Assembly (NCBI RefSeq): GCF_900079115.1
Contig: NZ_LT549890.1
Span: forward strand, 1,950,001-1,982,000
Length of the DNA stretch: 32,000 bases
Direction of reading: 5' to 3'
Source of the DNA: Saccharolobus solfataricus
Lineage (GTDB): Archaea; Thermoproteota; Thermoprotei_A; Sulfolobales; Sulfolobaceae
Shown here: positions 9,141 to 18,791 of the stretch, in pieces
Position numbering within the stretch: the stretch's first letter is position 1
Layout: each line of letters starts with the position of its first letter
Made by a program: the position numbers and the translations under genes
The notes under the pieces: generated by a model
The model's database searches: none
What the model saw: only the letters and a program-made list of their open reading frames with translations
What the model was told of the DNA's origin: nothing

Positions 9141-10979
9141 GTGATTGAACTTTCTACGACCAAAAGGCTAATCTTGGGAAATGAGGCAATAGCTTTTGGT
9201 GCGTTAAGTGCTGGAGTATCAGTAGCTGCAGGGTATCCAGGCACACCATCTACTGAAATAATAGAAACATTAATGAAATTTGGAAAAATATATGCTGAAT
9301 GGAGTACTAATGAGAAAGTGGCATTTGAAACAGCCTATGGGGCAGCTATCAATGGAGCTTTTGCCCTAACCACAATGAAGCATGTAGGGTTAAACGTAGC
9401 TGCCGACCCATTAATAAGCTCATCATATACTGGAGTTGAAGGAGCGTTAGTTATAGTTTCTGCTGACGATCCTTCCATGTGGTCGTCGCAAAACGAGCAA
9501 GACAACAGATACTACGGTTTACATGCGTTAATCCCGGTTGTAGAGCCGTATGATCCGCAATCCGCTCACGACTTAACCATAGAGGCCTTTAAGTTAAGTA
9601 ACAAAGTTAAACACCCAGTAATTTTCAGATCTACTACTAGAATAGGTCACATTAGAGGACCAGTAGAACTTAAACCTCCATCTCGACCAGTCATGGGCAA
9701 AGTTATTAAAAACCCTAAACGTTATGTTTTAGTACCAGAAAACGCTAGAAGGGATAGAGTTGAACAGTTAAAGAGATGGGAGAGAATTGAAGAGGAGGTA
9801 GAGGGTTTAAACGAGCTAATTGATAACGATAGTGAAAATCTAATAATTGCCTCGGGTATTTCATTCGGTTATGTAATCGATGCCATAAAAGAGTTAGAAA
9901 TTAAGGCAAATATATTGAGATTAACCACTCCCGTCCCTATACCTAAAAGGTTAATTCTTAAGGCTGTGAGTAACTCTAAGAGGGTTTTAATAGTCGAGGA
10001 GGGTGAGCCCATAGTAGAATATCAGGTAAAGGATCTCCTATATGATCAAGGAGTAAGAGTAGAACTACATGGAAAGGATTTGGTAAGTAGAGTTGGAGAG
10101 ATGACATTAGACAAGGTATATTATGCCTTTAGCAAATTCTTTGGATTGGACATAGTGACGGATTACTTAGAAGTTCCCCAAGATATACCACCAAGACCTC
10201 CAGCTCTGTGTCCAGGGTGTCCACATAGAAGTTCGTTCATAGATTTAAAGAAGGCGATTACAATGGCTTCCTTCAAGCCTAATGAAACCTTCATTTCTGG
10301 CGATATTGGGTGTTATACATTAGGATTATTGCCACCCTTTGACGCTCAAGACTCCTCTACAGATATGGGATCTAGTATAGGAATTGCCAACGGTGTTTAT
10401 AGGGCTACTGGGAACATACCGATAGCAGTTATTGGAGATTCCACATTCTTTCACAGCGGTATTTCAGCCCTTGCAAATGCCGTATATAATCAAACTCCAA
10501 TGCTTGTTCTCGTCTTAGATAATAGGTCGACTGCGATGACGGGACAACAGCCAAGCCCATCAAAGGAAATCGATATAGGAGAGGTTGCTAAGGGTTTAGG
10601 AGTAAAATATGTAAGGTATGTTGATCCTTTTGATGTTAACTCCTCAATAAGAGAGTTATCCAATGCGTTAAAGTGGGTTAAAGATAATAAGCAACCAGCA
10701 GTTGTTATAGCTAAAAGAGCTTGCGCGTTACTAGTCATGGATAACGTTGAGGAGAGCAATTTACCAAAGGCCATAGTCGATCTAGAGAAATGTACTGGTT
10801 GTAGCATATGCTATGACTACTTTACGTGTCCAGCAATTATTCCTAGAAATGATAAGAAAGCTGAAATAGATAATTACACTTGTATAGGCTGTGGAGCTTG
10901 TGTACCAATTTGCCCATTTAAGGCAATATCCTTAAAGGGTGACAAGCCAGAAAAATGGGATGAATTATGGCTTGGGTAA
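9141..10979 (+). CDS. iorA: Indolepyruvate:ferredoxin oxidoreductase, alpha subunit
   Basis: 612 aa with a GTG start. N-terminal [17 protein letters not shown]-binding GDIGCYT...GDSTFFHSG, and two C-terminal 4Fe-4S motifs, [14 protein letters not shown] and [12 protein letters not shown]. Confidence 0.85.
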   Translation: MIELSTTKRLILGNEAIAFGALSAGVSVAAGYPGTPSTEIIETLMKFGKIYAEWSTNEKVAFETAYGAAINGAFALTTMKHVGLNVAADPLISSSYTGVEGALVIVSADDPSMWSSQNEQDNRYYGLHALIPVVEPYDPQSAHDLTIEAFKLSNKVKHPVIFRSTTRIGHIRGPVELKPPSRPVMGKVIKNPKRYVLVPENARRDRVEQLKRWERIEEEVEGLNELIDNDSENLIIASGISFGYVIDAIKELEIKANILRLTTPVPIPKRLILKAVSNSKRVLIVEEGEPIVEYQVKDLLYDQGVRVELHGKDLVSRVGEMTLDKVYYAFSKFFGLDIVTDYLEVPQDIPPRPPALCPGCPHRSSFIDLKKAITMASFKPNETFISGDIGCYTLGLLPPFDAQDSSTDMGSSIGIANGVYRATGNIPIAVIGDSTFFHSGISALANAVYNQTPMLVLVLDNRSTAMTGQQPSPSKEIDIGEVAKGLGVKYVRYVDPFDVNSSIRELSNALKWVKDNKQPAVVIAKRACALLVMDNVEESNLPKAIVDLEKCTGCSICYDYFTCPAIIPRNDKKAEIDNYTCIGCGACVPICPFKAISLKGDKPEKWDELWLG

Positions 10980-11551
10980 ATATTTTAATAGCTGGTGTTG
11001 GAGGCCAAGGTATAATAACTGCTGGTAAGATAATAGCTGAGGCTGGAAATTATTCAAATACTAAGGTCTTAATAGCTGAAACTCATGGCTTAGCCCAGAG
11101 AGGTGGAGGGGTTAACGTTCATGTGAGAATAGGTGACGTTAACTCTCCATTAATACCGTTAGGAAAGGCTGATTACCTAGTTGGTTTAGAGGCTATCGAG
11201 GTTTTAAGAAATTTAAATTATGCTTCTAGAAAGCATACTACAATCGTTGTAAATAACTATGTTGTGAGGCCCGTCTTACCTAAAGTTAAGTTACTTACTT
11301 TGCAGGAGATTTTCGATAAACTAAAAGGTTGTAAAGTCTATGTAATTGATGCTAATCAAATAGCCATAAAGGCTGGGAATATTAAGGCAGCAAATGCTGC
11401 AATGCTAGGGTTTTTATACTCACTGGGGGCATTTGAAGGTTTGATAAACGAGGAATCTTTCATTAAAGCATTGAAGTACGAGAGTAATATAAAAGCGTTT
11501 AAAATTGCCCAAGCTATAAAAATTAATGGGATAGATATTAATGGTATTTAA
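10967..11551 (+). CDS. iorB: Indolepyruvate:ferredoxin oxidoreductase, beta subunit
   Basis: 194 aa. N-terminal [17 protein letters not shown]...[11 protein letters not shown] is typical of the 2-oxoacid:Fd oxidoreductase gamma/IorB domain. Overlaps iorA by 13 nt. Confidence 0.8.
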   Translation: MAWVNILIAGVGGQGIITAGKIIAEAGNYSNTKVLIAETHGLAQRGGGVNVHVRIGDVNSPLIPLGKADYLVGLEAIEVLRNLNYASRKHTTIVVNNYVVRPVLPKVKLLTLQEIFDKLKGCKVYVIDANQIAIKAGNIKAANAAMLGFLYSLGAFEGLINEESFIKALKYESNIKAFKIAQAIKINGIDINGI

Positions 11552-13367
11552 TCCAGATAAGGAATGGATAGAGAACAGTAACGTATATAAGTTCATGATT
11601 AAAAGGAACCTTAATAGATTAGAAGACTTCGTAAGGTATACATATGAGAATCCTGAATTTTGGGACCAGTTTGTAAAGCTTATTGGAGTGGAATTTAAAG
11701 AACCTTATGCCAAGGTTTTGGATCTGAGCAGAGGAAAACAATGGCCACAATGGTTCATAGGAGGGAAGTTAAACATTGGAGATCAATTACGTGATAGTTC
11801 TGATGTGTTCATTAAGTGGATGGATGAAGACCTCAACACCAGAACTGTAACTTATTCTCAAATACTAAATGAGAGCAAGTCTATTGCAAGTTGGTTAAAG
11901 AAGATAGGTTTGAAGAAGGGAGATAGGGTCGCTATTTACATGCCAATGATCCCGGAAATAGTATCAGTAATGCTGGGAGCAATAAGGGTAGGGACGATAA
12001 TCGTACCCTTATTTTCCGGATTTGGTCCAGAGCCCATAAGGGTTAGAGTGGAGGATAGTGAGGCGAAAGTAATCTTCACAGTTGATAAGAGCATTAGAAG
12101 AGGAAAAGAAGTCGACATGTTAAAAAATCTAGAAGGACTAAACGATAATATAACTAAAGTAGTATTGAATAGAGGAGGCACTAAGGGTGATTTTTATGAG
12201 TATAAGGATGTCATAAAAACTGCTGGAGATTATGTAGAAGATACCAGTACTGAAGACCCAATGATGATAATTTACACTTCTGGAACTACTGGAAAACCCA
12301 AAGGATGCGTTCATACTCACGATGGGTTTCCAATAAAAGCTTCAGCTGACATTTACTTCCAATTCGATTTGAAAAATGGAGAGACGTTAATGTGGGTTAC
12401 TGACATGGGGTGGATGATGGGACCCTGGATGGTATTTGGATCACTCTTACTAAACGCTAAAATGGGAATGATTGAAGGATATACAAGTGGGGAAGTCCTA
12501 CAGAAATTCGTTGAAGATATGAAAGTTGATGTTTTAGGGGTCTCAGCTAGTCTAGTTAGGGCACTGAGAAGTCAAGGCGAAGTTAAGCTAAACGTTAGGT
12601 TAACTGGAAACACTGGAGAACCAATTGATTCGGAAAGCTGGTATTGGTTATTCAACGCCAGTGGAAAGAACCCCATAATAAACTACTCTGGAGGTACTGA
12701 AATCTCTGGAGGTATTTTGGGGAATTACGTTATAAAGAAGATAAAGCCATCTTCATTTAATGGACCTTCTCCGGGAATTAACGCCTCAGTATTTAATGAG
12801 GAAGGAAAAGACGCCCCACCAAATGTTGAAGGAGAGTTAGTCGTATTAAGTGTTTGGCCAGGTATGACTAGAGGATTTTGGAGAAACCCGGAAAGGTATA
12901 TAGAGACCTACTGGTCAGTGTGGAAAGATGTATGGGTTCATGGAGATTTGGCTTATAGAGACGAAGAAGGGTATTTTTACATCGTAGGTAGGAGTGATGA
13001 TACGATAAAGGTTGCTGGGAAGAGAGTAGGTCCGGCTGAAATCGAAAGCGTATTAAATTCATTCCCAAACGTAGTGGAATCAGCATGTATAGGAATACCT
13101 GATCCGATGAAGGGGGAGAAAATAGTCTGTTTTGTAGTCTCTAAGGTTAGTGGGATTGAAAATCAATTAATAGAATACACAGAGGATAAACTGGGTAAGG
13201 CATTTGCACCATCTGAAATAAAGATTGTTAAGGAGCTACCTAAGACTAGAAATGCTAAAATAATGAGGAGATTGATAAGAGCCATATATTTAAATAAACC
13301 CTTAGGAGATATATCCTCACTGGAAAATCCGTCAGCTTTGGAGGAAATTAAGAAGGCCATCAGTTAG
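11541..13367 (+). CDS. AMP-forming acyl-CoA synthetase (ACS-like)
   Basis: 608 aa. [11 protein letters not shown], the C-terminal [15 protein letters not shown], and N-terminal ACS-like WFIGGKLNI. Overlaps iorB by 11 nt. Confidence 0.8.
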   Translation: MVFNPDKEWIENSNVYKFMIKRNLNRLEDFVRYTYENPEFWDQFVKLIGVEFKEPYAKVLDLSRGKQWPQWFIGGKLNIGDQLRDSSDVFIKWMDEDLNTRTVTYSQILNESKSIASWLKKIGLKKGDRVAIYMPMIPEIVSVMLGAIRVGTIIVPLFSGFGPEPIRVRVEDSEAKVIFTVDKSIRRGKEVDMLKNLEGLNDNITKVVLNRGGTKGDFYEYKDVIKTAGDYVEDTSTEDPMMIIYTSGTTGKPKGCVHTHDGFPIKASADIYFQFDLKNGETLMWVTDMGWMMGPWMVFGSLLLNAKMGMIEGYTSGEVLQKFVEDMKVDVLGVSASLVRALRSQGEVKLNVRLTGNTGEPIDSESWYWLFNASGKNPIINYSGGTEISGGILGNYVIKKIKPSSFNGPSPGINASVFNEEGKDAPPNVEGELVVLSVWPGMTRGFWRNPERYIETYWSVWKDVWVHGDLAYRDEEGYFYIVGRSDDTIKVAGKRVGPAEIESVLNSFPNVVESACIGIPDPMKGEKIVCFVVSKVSGIENQLIEYTEDKLGKAFAPSEIKIVKELPKTRNAKIMRRLIRAIYLNKPLGDISSLENPSALEEIKKAIS

Positions 13368-13825
13368 CTGATCTCTTCCTCTTTAATTTGTTTTAATGCC
13401 TTAAGAGCCTCATTAACGTGATTAGCTGGATTCATCTGCGAATTGTATATATGCCTTATTATTCCCTTCTTATCAATAACAAACGTTATCCTTGCTGGTA
13501 ATATGAAGCCTTTTGCCCCATAAAGTTCTCTTATTTTCTTATCCGGATCACTAACTAGGATAAACGGGAGTTTATATTTTTCCTTGAACCTTTTGTGAGA
13601 GTTTATATCATCTGAACTAACTCCTATAACTACAACATCATAATCCTTAAGGAGATCCCAATTGTCTCTAAATGCACAAGCTTCCCTTGTACACCCTGGT
13701 GTATCATCTTTAGGGTAGAAGTAAAGGACTATATTATGTTTCCCTATATAATCGGAAAGGGAAATCTTCTCACCATTATCTGCTATCCCCTCGAATAAAG
13801 GTGCCTTATCCCCCACTTTTACCAT
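13364..13825 (-). CDS. bcp: Peroxiredoxin, Bcp (bacterioferritin comigratory protein) type
   Basis: 153 aa. [17 protein letters not shown] contains the Prx peroxidatic Cys and the Bcp-type CxxxxC. Its stop overlaps the convergent ligase stop by 4 nt. Confidence 0.85.
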   Translation of the reverse strand: MVKVGDKAPLFEGIADNGEKISLSDYIGKHNIVLYFYPKDDTPGCTREACAFRDNWDLLKDYDVVVIGVSSDDINSHKRFKEKYKLPFILVSDPDKKIRELYGAKGFILPARITFVIDKKGIIRHIYNSQMNPANHVNEALKALKQIKEEEIS

Positions 13826-14565
13826 AATATAGATATATCTAACTATGGTAAAAAACTTACCTTATAAATCTTTCAGATTTTTCGTAGTTTGCTGAAAAAT
13901 ATCACTTAGAAGTTAAACTCGGGAGATTCAGTTACCCATTGTAAATTTACTTTATTTCAAAGATTCCTACGAAATTAACTAAATGAAGGCGACTAACTTG
14001 CAGAGAAATACAATTAGCATTTATAGGAAAATCGTTACACTTTTACGTTACGTTAAAAATATATAATAAATCTTTCCTGATTAGATGAAAAATGTTTATT
14101 GATAAGCTATAATATTAAGAAGTACAATGAAAGATATTTATAAATACATGGATAAATATTTTGACTTTTTATGATAAGGGAATTTCCTAAAACTACTATA
14201 CAATTATCAATGCTAACATTTTTACAACTATATTGTTTACAAATTACATTCCACAAAGAAGACTTGAATCACCCTTAAACTCCTATCCTTAACTCCTTAA
14301 ATTCTCTTTCATAGACGCTTTTTACCTTAAATAGTTCCCACCTATTAGTTATCAGTTTATAATTGTGTTTTATAAGCGTAATTCAAAATTTCGAAATGTT
14401 TTAAAATATTTCACTTTCTTGCTTTATGGGCTTATTGAATTTTCTTAAAGAGTTAAGAGGTATTAGAAATCTAAATTGAATATATAATCATTAGTTGAAA
14501 GGAAGAGATAATACTAGCTCATCGGAAAAAATTCAACAGATCAACTAAGCATCATCTCTTTTTTC

Positions 14566-15309
14566 TTAAATCACACCTTCTAAATTCTTCCTTATGTAAT
14601 CATCAAATTCCTTAGGCTTAGGCATTTTAACTTCTCTAATTCTATTTACGAATTCATCTTTATTGTTTATTCTAAATAAACTATTGAATCTCTTTTCAAA
14701 ACCTATTGTAGAACTAGGTTTTCCGCTTATACCAATACCACATACTGAACCAGCAGTATGTGCTGGATAAATTTCAACATAGTCAGGCAATTCTTTTAGT
14801 TTAGCTAGACTGTAGTATAAATTCTCCTCTGCGTTTTCCCCGCCTATATCAATTCTTCCCAGACCACCCACAAATAATGTGTCCCCAGTTAATATAGCCC
14901 ACGGTTCATTCCAACTTTCGTCTCTTCTTCTATCATATATTAGAACTGAAATACTATCTGGAGTATGTCCGGGAGTATGAAGTACCTTTATTTTAACATT
15001 TCCAGCCTTTATTTCCTCTCCATTCTTAACCCTTTCCACCTTGAATTTGACCTGCGATAACTCATGATAGTAAACGTTAGCATTAGTTAAAGACGCCAAT
15101 TTCTTAGCACCAGATAGGTGATCAGCATGAGTGTGTGTATCTATTATATAAGCTATTTTCATATCCCCTAAATCTCGGGCAAGCTCAATAATTTCATCTA
15201 CCATTTCATACTTAGGATCCACTACAAACAACTCTCCAGCTTGAGTGCAACCGAAAACGTAAGTAGCGCAACCGCCACTTTTGCTTATAATCTGCCTGAA
15301 TATCATCAA
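14566..15309 (-). CDS. Metallo-beta-lactamase-fold hydrolase (glyoxalase II / persulfide-dioxygenase-like)
   Basis: 247 aa. HxHxDH motif (THTHADH), later HTPGHTPDS and a GDTLF aspartate. Size and motif spacing match the glyoxalase II/ETHE1 branch. Confidence 0.7.
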   Translation of the reverse strand: MMIFRQIISKSGGCATYVFGCTQAGELFVVDPKYEMVDEIIELARDLGDMKIAYIIDTHTHADHLSGAKKLASLTNANVYYHELSQVKFKVERVKNGEEIKAGNVKIKVLHTPGHTPDSISVLIYDRRRDESWNEPWAILTGDTLFVGGLGRIDIGGENAEENLYYSLAKLKELPDYVEIYPAHTAGSVCGIGISGKPSSTIGFEKRFNSLFRINNKDEFVNRIREVKMPKPKEFDDYIRKNLEGVI

Positions 15310-15340
15310 TTTACTTTAAATAAGTAATTAGATATAAGAG

Positions 15341-16012
15341 TTATTCACTCTTATAAGTTAATAGATCAAAGTGCTCTTCTGCTTGAAGTACACATCCTCT
15401 ACAAGAGTCCACAACAATCTCATCTTGATCATTGAAAGTAACCAATACTGAATCGTCAAATATTATAAATTTCGATTTGATATTCTTAACATATTTAACC
15501 TCAGCATTCAAGCTTAAATTATTGGAAGAAGTTATCACAGTTAAATTACCCTTATACTTTTTAAGAATCTTAATCAACCACTCAGGCAGGATATCCCAGA
15601 CCACCTTAATCTTGTTACTTTTATCCACCAATTCCCTTATCATTCTCATGACAATCGTTTTACCCTTAATGTGCAAACTACGGTCAGCTTCTCCTTTTCC
15701 CTTTTCACTCCAATAAGAAATAACATTACCTATCGCATAGTCTAATTCACTAACAATTTTATCCCTATATACCTTTAAAGATATCGACGGATCTATTAGT
15801 TTGACCTTTTTTGGTCTTCCTTCAATTACCCTCACTAAACCCTTATCCTCTAACGACTTCACCACTTCATAAACTTTTTGATAAGGTATTTCAGCATTTT
15901 CTGAAAGCTCCTTCATCGTGGAGTTGCAAAGGTTCAATAACGTTAGATAAACTTTGGCCTCATACACTGAAAACCCTAACTTTCTCAAATTGATTTCTAA
16001 TTCACTATTCAT
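15341..16012 (-). CDS. TrmB-family transcriptional regulator
   Basis: 223 aa. The N-terminal LRKLGFSVYEAKVYLTLLNLCNSTMKELSENAEIPYQKVYEVVKSLEDKGLV is a typical TrmB winged-helix domain. Confidence 0.75.
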   Translation of the reverse strand: MNSELEINLRKLGFSVYEAKVYLTLLNLCNSTMKELSENAEIPYQKVYEVVKSLEDKGLVRVIEGRPKKVKLIDPSISLKVYRDKIVSELDYAIGNVISYWSEKGKGEADRSLHIKGKTIVMRMIRELVDKSNKIKVVWDILPEWLIKILKKYKGNLTVITSSNNLSLNAEVKYVKNIKSKFIIFDDSVLVTFNDQDEIVVDSCRGCVLQAEEHFDLLTYKSE

Positions 16013-16052
16013 AGTGAATAATCGTTTTTATCACTTTTAAATCTTAGTACTT
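16013..16052. promoter_or_regulatory. 40-bp divergent promoter with back-to-back TATA-like boxes and an imperfect palindrome
   Basis: Only 40 bp separate the two start codons. TTTTTATC (16025-16032) lies about 27 nt upstream of the MFS ATG. TTTTAAAT (16035-16042) lies about 27 nt upstream of the TrmB ATG on the other strand. This implies leaderless transcripts. AGTGAATAA...TTATCACT (16013-16035) is an imperfect inverted repeat. Confidence 0.4.
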
Positions 16053-17153
16053 ATGATGAATAGACAGTTTATTTTGTTTACAATATTAGTCTTTTTTACA
16101 GGATTATATCTAGGAACTCTAAGAATAATTATTCCGGTATTTGAGAAACAAATAAACATCTCAATAATGTTAAGCCTATTATTACCCTTGGTATCCTTTG
16201 GGTTTGTAAAAGGCGCATTTAACTTCATTGCGGGAAAGCTCTCTGATGACTTGGGAAGAAAGAGAGTACTCGTAATAGGCTGGTTAGTGGCGTTGATTTC
16301 AGTCCCTTTATTTCTCTCAATTAACATATATACAGTCATCATTATTTCGATTCTGCTTGCAATAAATCAAGCTTTGACGTGGACTACTACCGTCACTTCA
16401 CAAATAGACATTAGCGGTAAATTAAGAGCAGGCTTCGCTACTGGAATAAATGAAATGTCGGGATATTTGGGAGTCTCTTTTGGAAGTCTCTTCGCTAGTT
16501 ATTTATTTAAGCTAAGTAGTATTTTCATCGGAATAATTTGCTTGATAGCATTAATTTCTTCCTTTAACGTAATTGAGACTAAAACATTAATACCAAATGC
16601 CACTTTATCGAAAAAGGAAAATAATCATATAAATTACTTTTCCATTACTAAAATAAGCATTGCAGGACTCCTAGAGAAGTTTGTAGATTCAGCATTCTTT
16701 ATCTTGATACCCACATTTCTATTATTACAACATTATACGTTATTTTTGATAGGAATAACTGTATCTAGCTATACGTTTACTTGGTCACTTTCGCAACCAC
16801 TATTCGGGTACTTGGCAGATACTTACAACAAAAGAAGACTAATACTTGTAATAGGTTTTTTATTAATGTTTGTTGGCTTTATAAAATATTCTGAACTTCC
16901 GATTTTATTTTCAATAATAGAAGGTATTGGTATGGGCATGATCTATCCTAATTTAATAGCTTTTGTTAACGATAAGATTAACGAGAGTGTAAGAGGAAAA
17001 GCATTAGGCTATTACAGGTTATATAGGGATAGTGGATATGGTGTGGCTGGCTTACTACTACCATTACTTTACTCGTTTTATGGATACGAATATACTTTAT
17101 TGATAGTAGGAATATTGCAAGTTGTAGCTCTCTTACTAGTAGTAAGATCTTAA
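16053..17153 (+). CDS. MFS transporter
   Basis: 366 aa and highly hydrophobic with roughly 10-12 predicted helices. The motif-A-like GKLSDDLGRKRV lies between helices 2 and 3. Confidence 0.7.
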   Translation: MMNRQFILFTILVFFTGLYLGTLRIIIPVFEKQINISIMLSLLLPLVSFGFVKGAFNFIAGKLSDDLGRKRVLVIGWLVALISVPLFLSINIYTVIIISILLAINQALTWTTTVTSQIDISGKLRAGFATGINEMSGYLGVSFGSLFASYLFKLSSIFIGIICLIALISSFNVIETKTLIPNATLSKKENNHINYFSITKISIAGLLEKFVDSAFFILIPTFLLLQHYTLFLIGITVSSYTFTWSLSQPLFGYLADTYNKRRLILVIGFLLMFVGFIKYSELPILFSIIEGIGMGMIYPNLIAFVNDKINESVRGKALGYYRLYRDSGYGVAGLLLPLLYSFYGYEYTLLIVGILQVVALLLVVRS

Positions 17154-17341
17154 TCTCTCATATTTTCACAAATAAAGTATTTCAACTCTTGATAAAAATA
17201 ATGATGATCACCATAATCCCCAGACGGACACCGAAATATTAAGGTATAAGGTGCTTAAGGTAGATTTTCCTAAAGTACTGACTATACTTGAATTTGATCT
17301 ATATTACTTACTCAATGGAGGTAGGCTATTAGATGTAATAC

Positions 17342-17644
17342 TTATAAGTGCAGTATTCCCACAAGCCCTCCCGCTACAATCATAGCAACGGTAAGGAAAT
17401 ACGCTAATAATCTGGTCTTAGTGTAGGCGTATTTACCCATGATCCTCTTATTGCTTATTAATATACCCACTAGTACTGCTGGTATTGCAATTACTACGGG
17501 TGATAGAGATAATAGGGTTAAGGCGAAGTTAATTATGGAAGAGTATTTGCCGAGCATTAGGGAAACTATTAATATGGCTGGTATTGACTCAATAATGTAA
17601 ACCTTCACAGAGTTTTTGTAGTTGTTTTTCCCTAAAGCTTCTAG
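17342..17644 (-). pseudogene. mntH: Nramp/MntH divalent-metal transporter, C-terminal fragment (cut off by the IS insertion)
   Basis: The minus-strand frame ...LLEALGKNNYKNSVKVYIIESIPAILIVSLMLG...VGILHL continues in frame from the N-terminal fragment once the IS and one duplication copy are removed. The 119-aa ORF in the track (17342..17701) is a chimera that starts inside the IS terminus. Confidence 0.7.
17639..17644. repeat. Target-site duplication, left copy (TTCTAG; identity extends to TTCTAGTAG)
   Basis: TTCTAGTAG occurs at 17639-17647 and again at 18792-18800, directly flanking the GC-rich element. Confidence 0.7.
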
Positions 17645-18791
17645 TAGCACTTTACGGTTTTCTCCTCCTCTTGAACAGTTTTTTGATCCCACCCGCCTCA
17701 CGGTAAATACTTTTTATCAATCTGGCCAACCTTTTGGCCCCGAGCATCAGACCCGTGGAGTACTTGAAGTATTGAACAACGAGGAGGGAGAGAGCCTTCA
17801 AGGCCACGAAGCCTGAGTTCCTAACCCAGGTCAAGAAGGACCCACCCTCGAGTCCCAAGGCCTTGAGCTCCCTGATCAAGACCTCTATGTCCCAACGGTT
17901 CTCCCAGGTCGTTATGATATCTTCAGCCGTGTCGTTAAGGTCGGTGGAGAAGAAATACCTCCTCCCGTAACCCTTATAGTCATCTATAACAAGTAACTTT
18001 ATGGGAGTCCCCAAGTACTCTACCAGGTACTCCCCTTGGGGGAACTCGCTAACGGGCACGGATCTGCCACCCTCGACGACTCGCGCGCTGGACTTGAGTT
18101 CCCCCACAGTATTCCCTTGGAGAGTCCTCGAGTTCACGTACCATGAGTCGAAGACCCTAGCTTTTACATTCAAACCTGAGAGGGAGGAGAGAAACTCCAA
18201 GAGGGCATCTATCTTGGTCTTGAACTTCACCTCCTCACCCCTACGCTTGAGCTCCTCTTCCACCTTTCGGGGTATGTAGGCAATTATGTGGATCACGTAG
18301 ATCTGGTTGTTCACCAGATCCTTGACGCCAATCACAAGGAGTTGGATCGCGGGTTCGAACCTCTTGTGCGCCCTACAGTAGAAGATCTGCGCCCCGTTTC
18401 TGGAGACCGGCATGGCCCTAGCGTAGAGCTTGTGGTCGTGGGTGTCGTCCACTATGAGAAGGACAGGATGATCCCCGACTAACTTCTTCACGACCTCGAT
18501 TAGTTTGGCTTGAGCTGCCTTGTCCAAGTTATTCAGTACGGTCTCGTAGTCCATCTCGGCCTCTTGAGCTATCTCGGTAGCATTTCTTCCCACAACCGCC
18601 CCCAAGAGTAGCCTCTTGGCAACGTCCTTCCTCGTTCCAGTCATGGATAGTATGACCTCGTTAACTGCCTTTTCCAATGCCTTATAGTACTCCTCCCTCG
18701 TCAATTCTTTGGTCATACCAAAATTAAAGGTTCTAATTTTAAAAAGTTTTTATGGGCCTCTTGAACTGCCAGGATTTTCCGATAAATGCTA
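17645..18791 (-). mobile_element. Insertion sequence of about 1147 bp, ISC1217-like (family name from memory, unverified)
   Basis: The imperfect terminal inverted repeats are TAGCACTTTACGG (17645-17657) and the reverse complement of the right end, TAGCATTTATCGG, matching 10/13. There is a single 354-aa transposase ORF. Flanking direct repeats are 6-9 bp. G+C jumps sharply: by hand count 36/60 at 18001-18060 versus 15/60 at 19701-19760. Confidence 0.8.
17652..18716 (-). CDS. IS transposase (DDE-type presumed)
   Basis: 354-aa ORF filling the element. It has an N-terminal HTH-like segment (RNATEIAQEAEMDYETVLNNL). LLIVDDTHDHK and SWYVNS resemble DDE transposase blocks. Confidence 0.75.
   Translation of the reverse strand: MTKELTREEYYKALEKAVNEVILSMTGTRKDVAKRLLLGAVVGRNATEIAQEAEMDYETVLNNLDKAAQAKLIEVVKKLVGDHPVLLIVDDTHDHKLYARAMPVSRNGAQIFYCRAHKRFEPAIQLLVIGVKDLVNNQIYVIHIIAYIPRKVEEELKRRGEEVKFKTKIDALLEFLSSLSGLNVKARVFDSWYVNSRTLQGNTVGELKSSARVVEGGRSVPVSEFPQGEYLVEYLGTPIKLLVIDDYKGYGRRYFFSTDLNDTAEDIITTWENRWDIEVLIRELKALGLEGGSFLTWVRNSGFVALKALSLLVVQYFKYSTGLMLGAKRLARLIKSIYREAGGIKKLFKRRRKP

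Noticed and set aside
16037-16342. 101-aa minus-strand ORF
   Set aside because: It overlaps the start of the plus-strand MFS transporter and would run through the TrmB/MFS divergent promoter. It has no recognisable features.
17201-17281. Possible C/D-box sRNA (ATGATGA at 17201-17207, CTGA at 17278-17281) in the convergent spacer
   Set aside because: - I could find no internal D'/C' boxes.
- I could find no terminal stem.
- The 81-nt spacing is longer than typical Sulfolobus C/D sRNAs.
- The motifs are short enough to occur by chance.
17342-17701. 119-aa ORF as an independent gene
   Set aside because: Its first ~18 codons are read out of the IS terminus and the rest is the C-terminal tail of the disrupted Nramp gene. 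It is a junction chimera, not a native gene.
17622-18482. Plus-strand ORFs inside the IS (17622-17816, 18001-18279, 18288-18482)
   Set aside because: They are antisense to the 354-aa transposase. Long spurious ORFs are expected in this locally GC-rich DNA.
17664-18766. 10-bp identical string CCTCTTGAAC near both IS ends (about 17667-17676 and 18757-18766)
   Set aside because: It is in direct rather than inverted orientation and lies internal to the termini, so it is neither the IR nor the target duplication. It is probably coincidental or sub-terminal.
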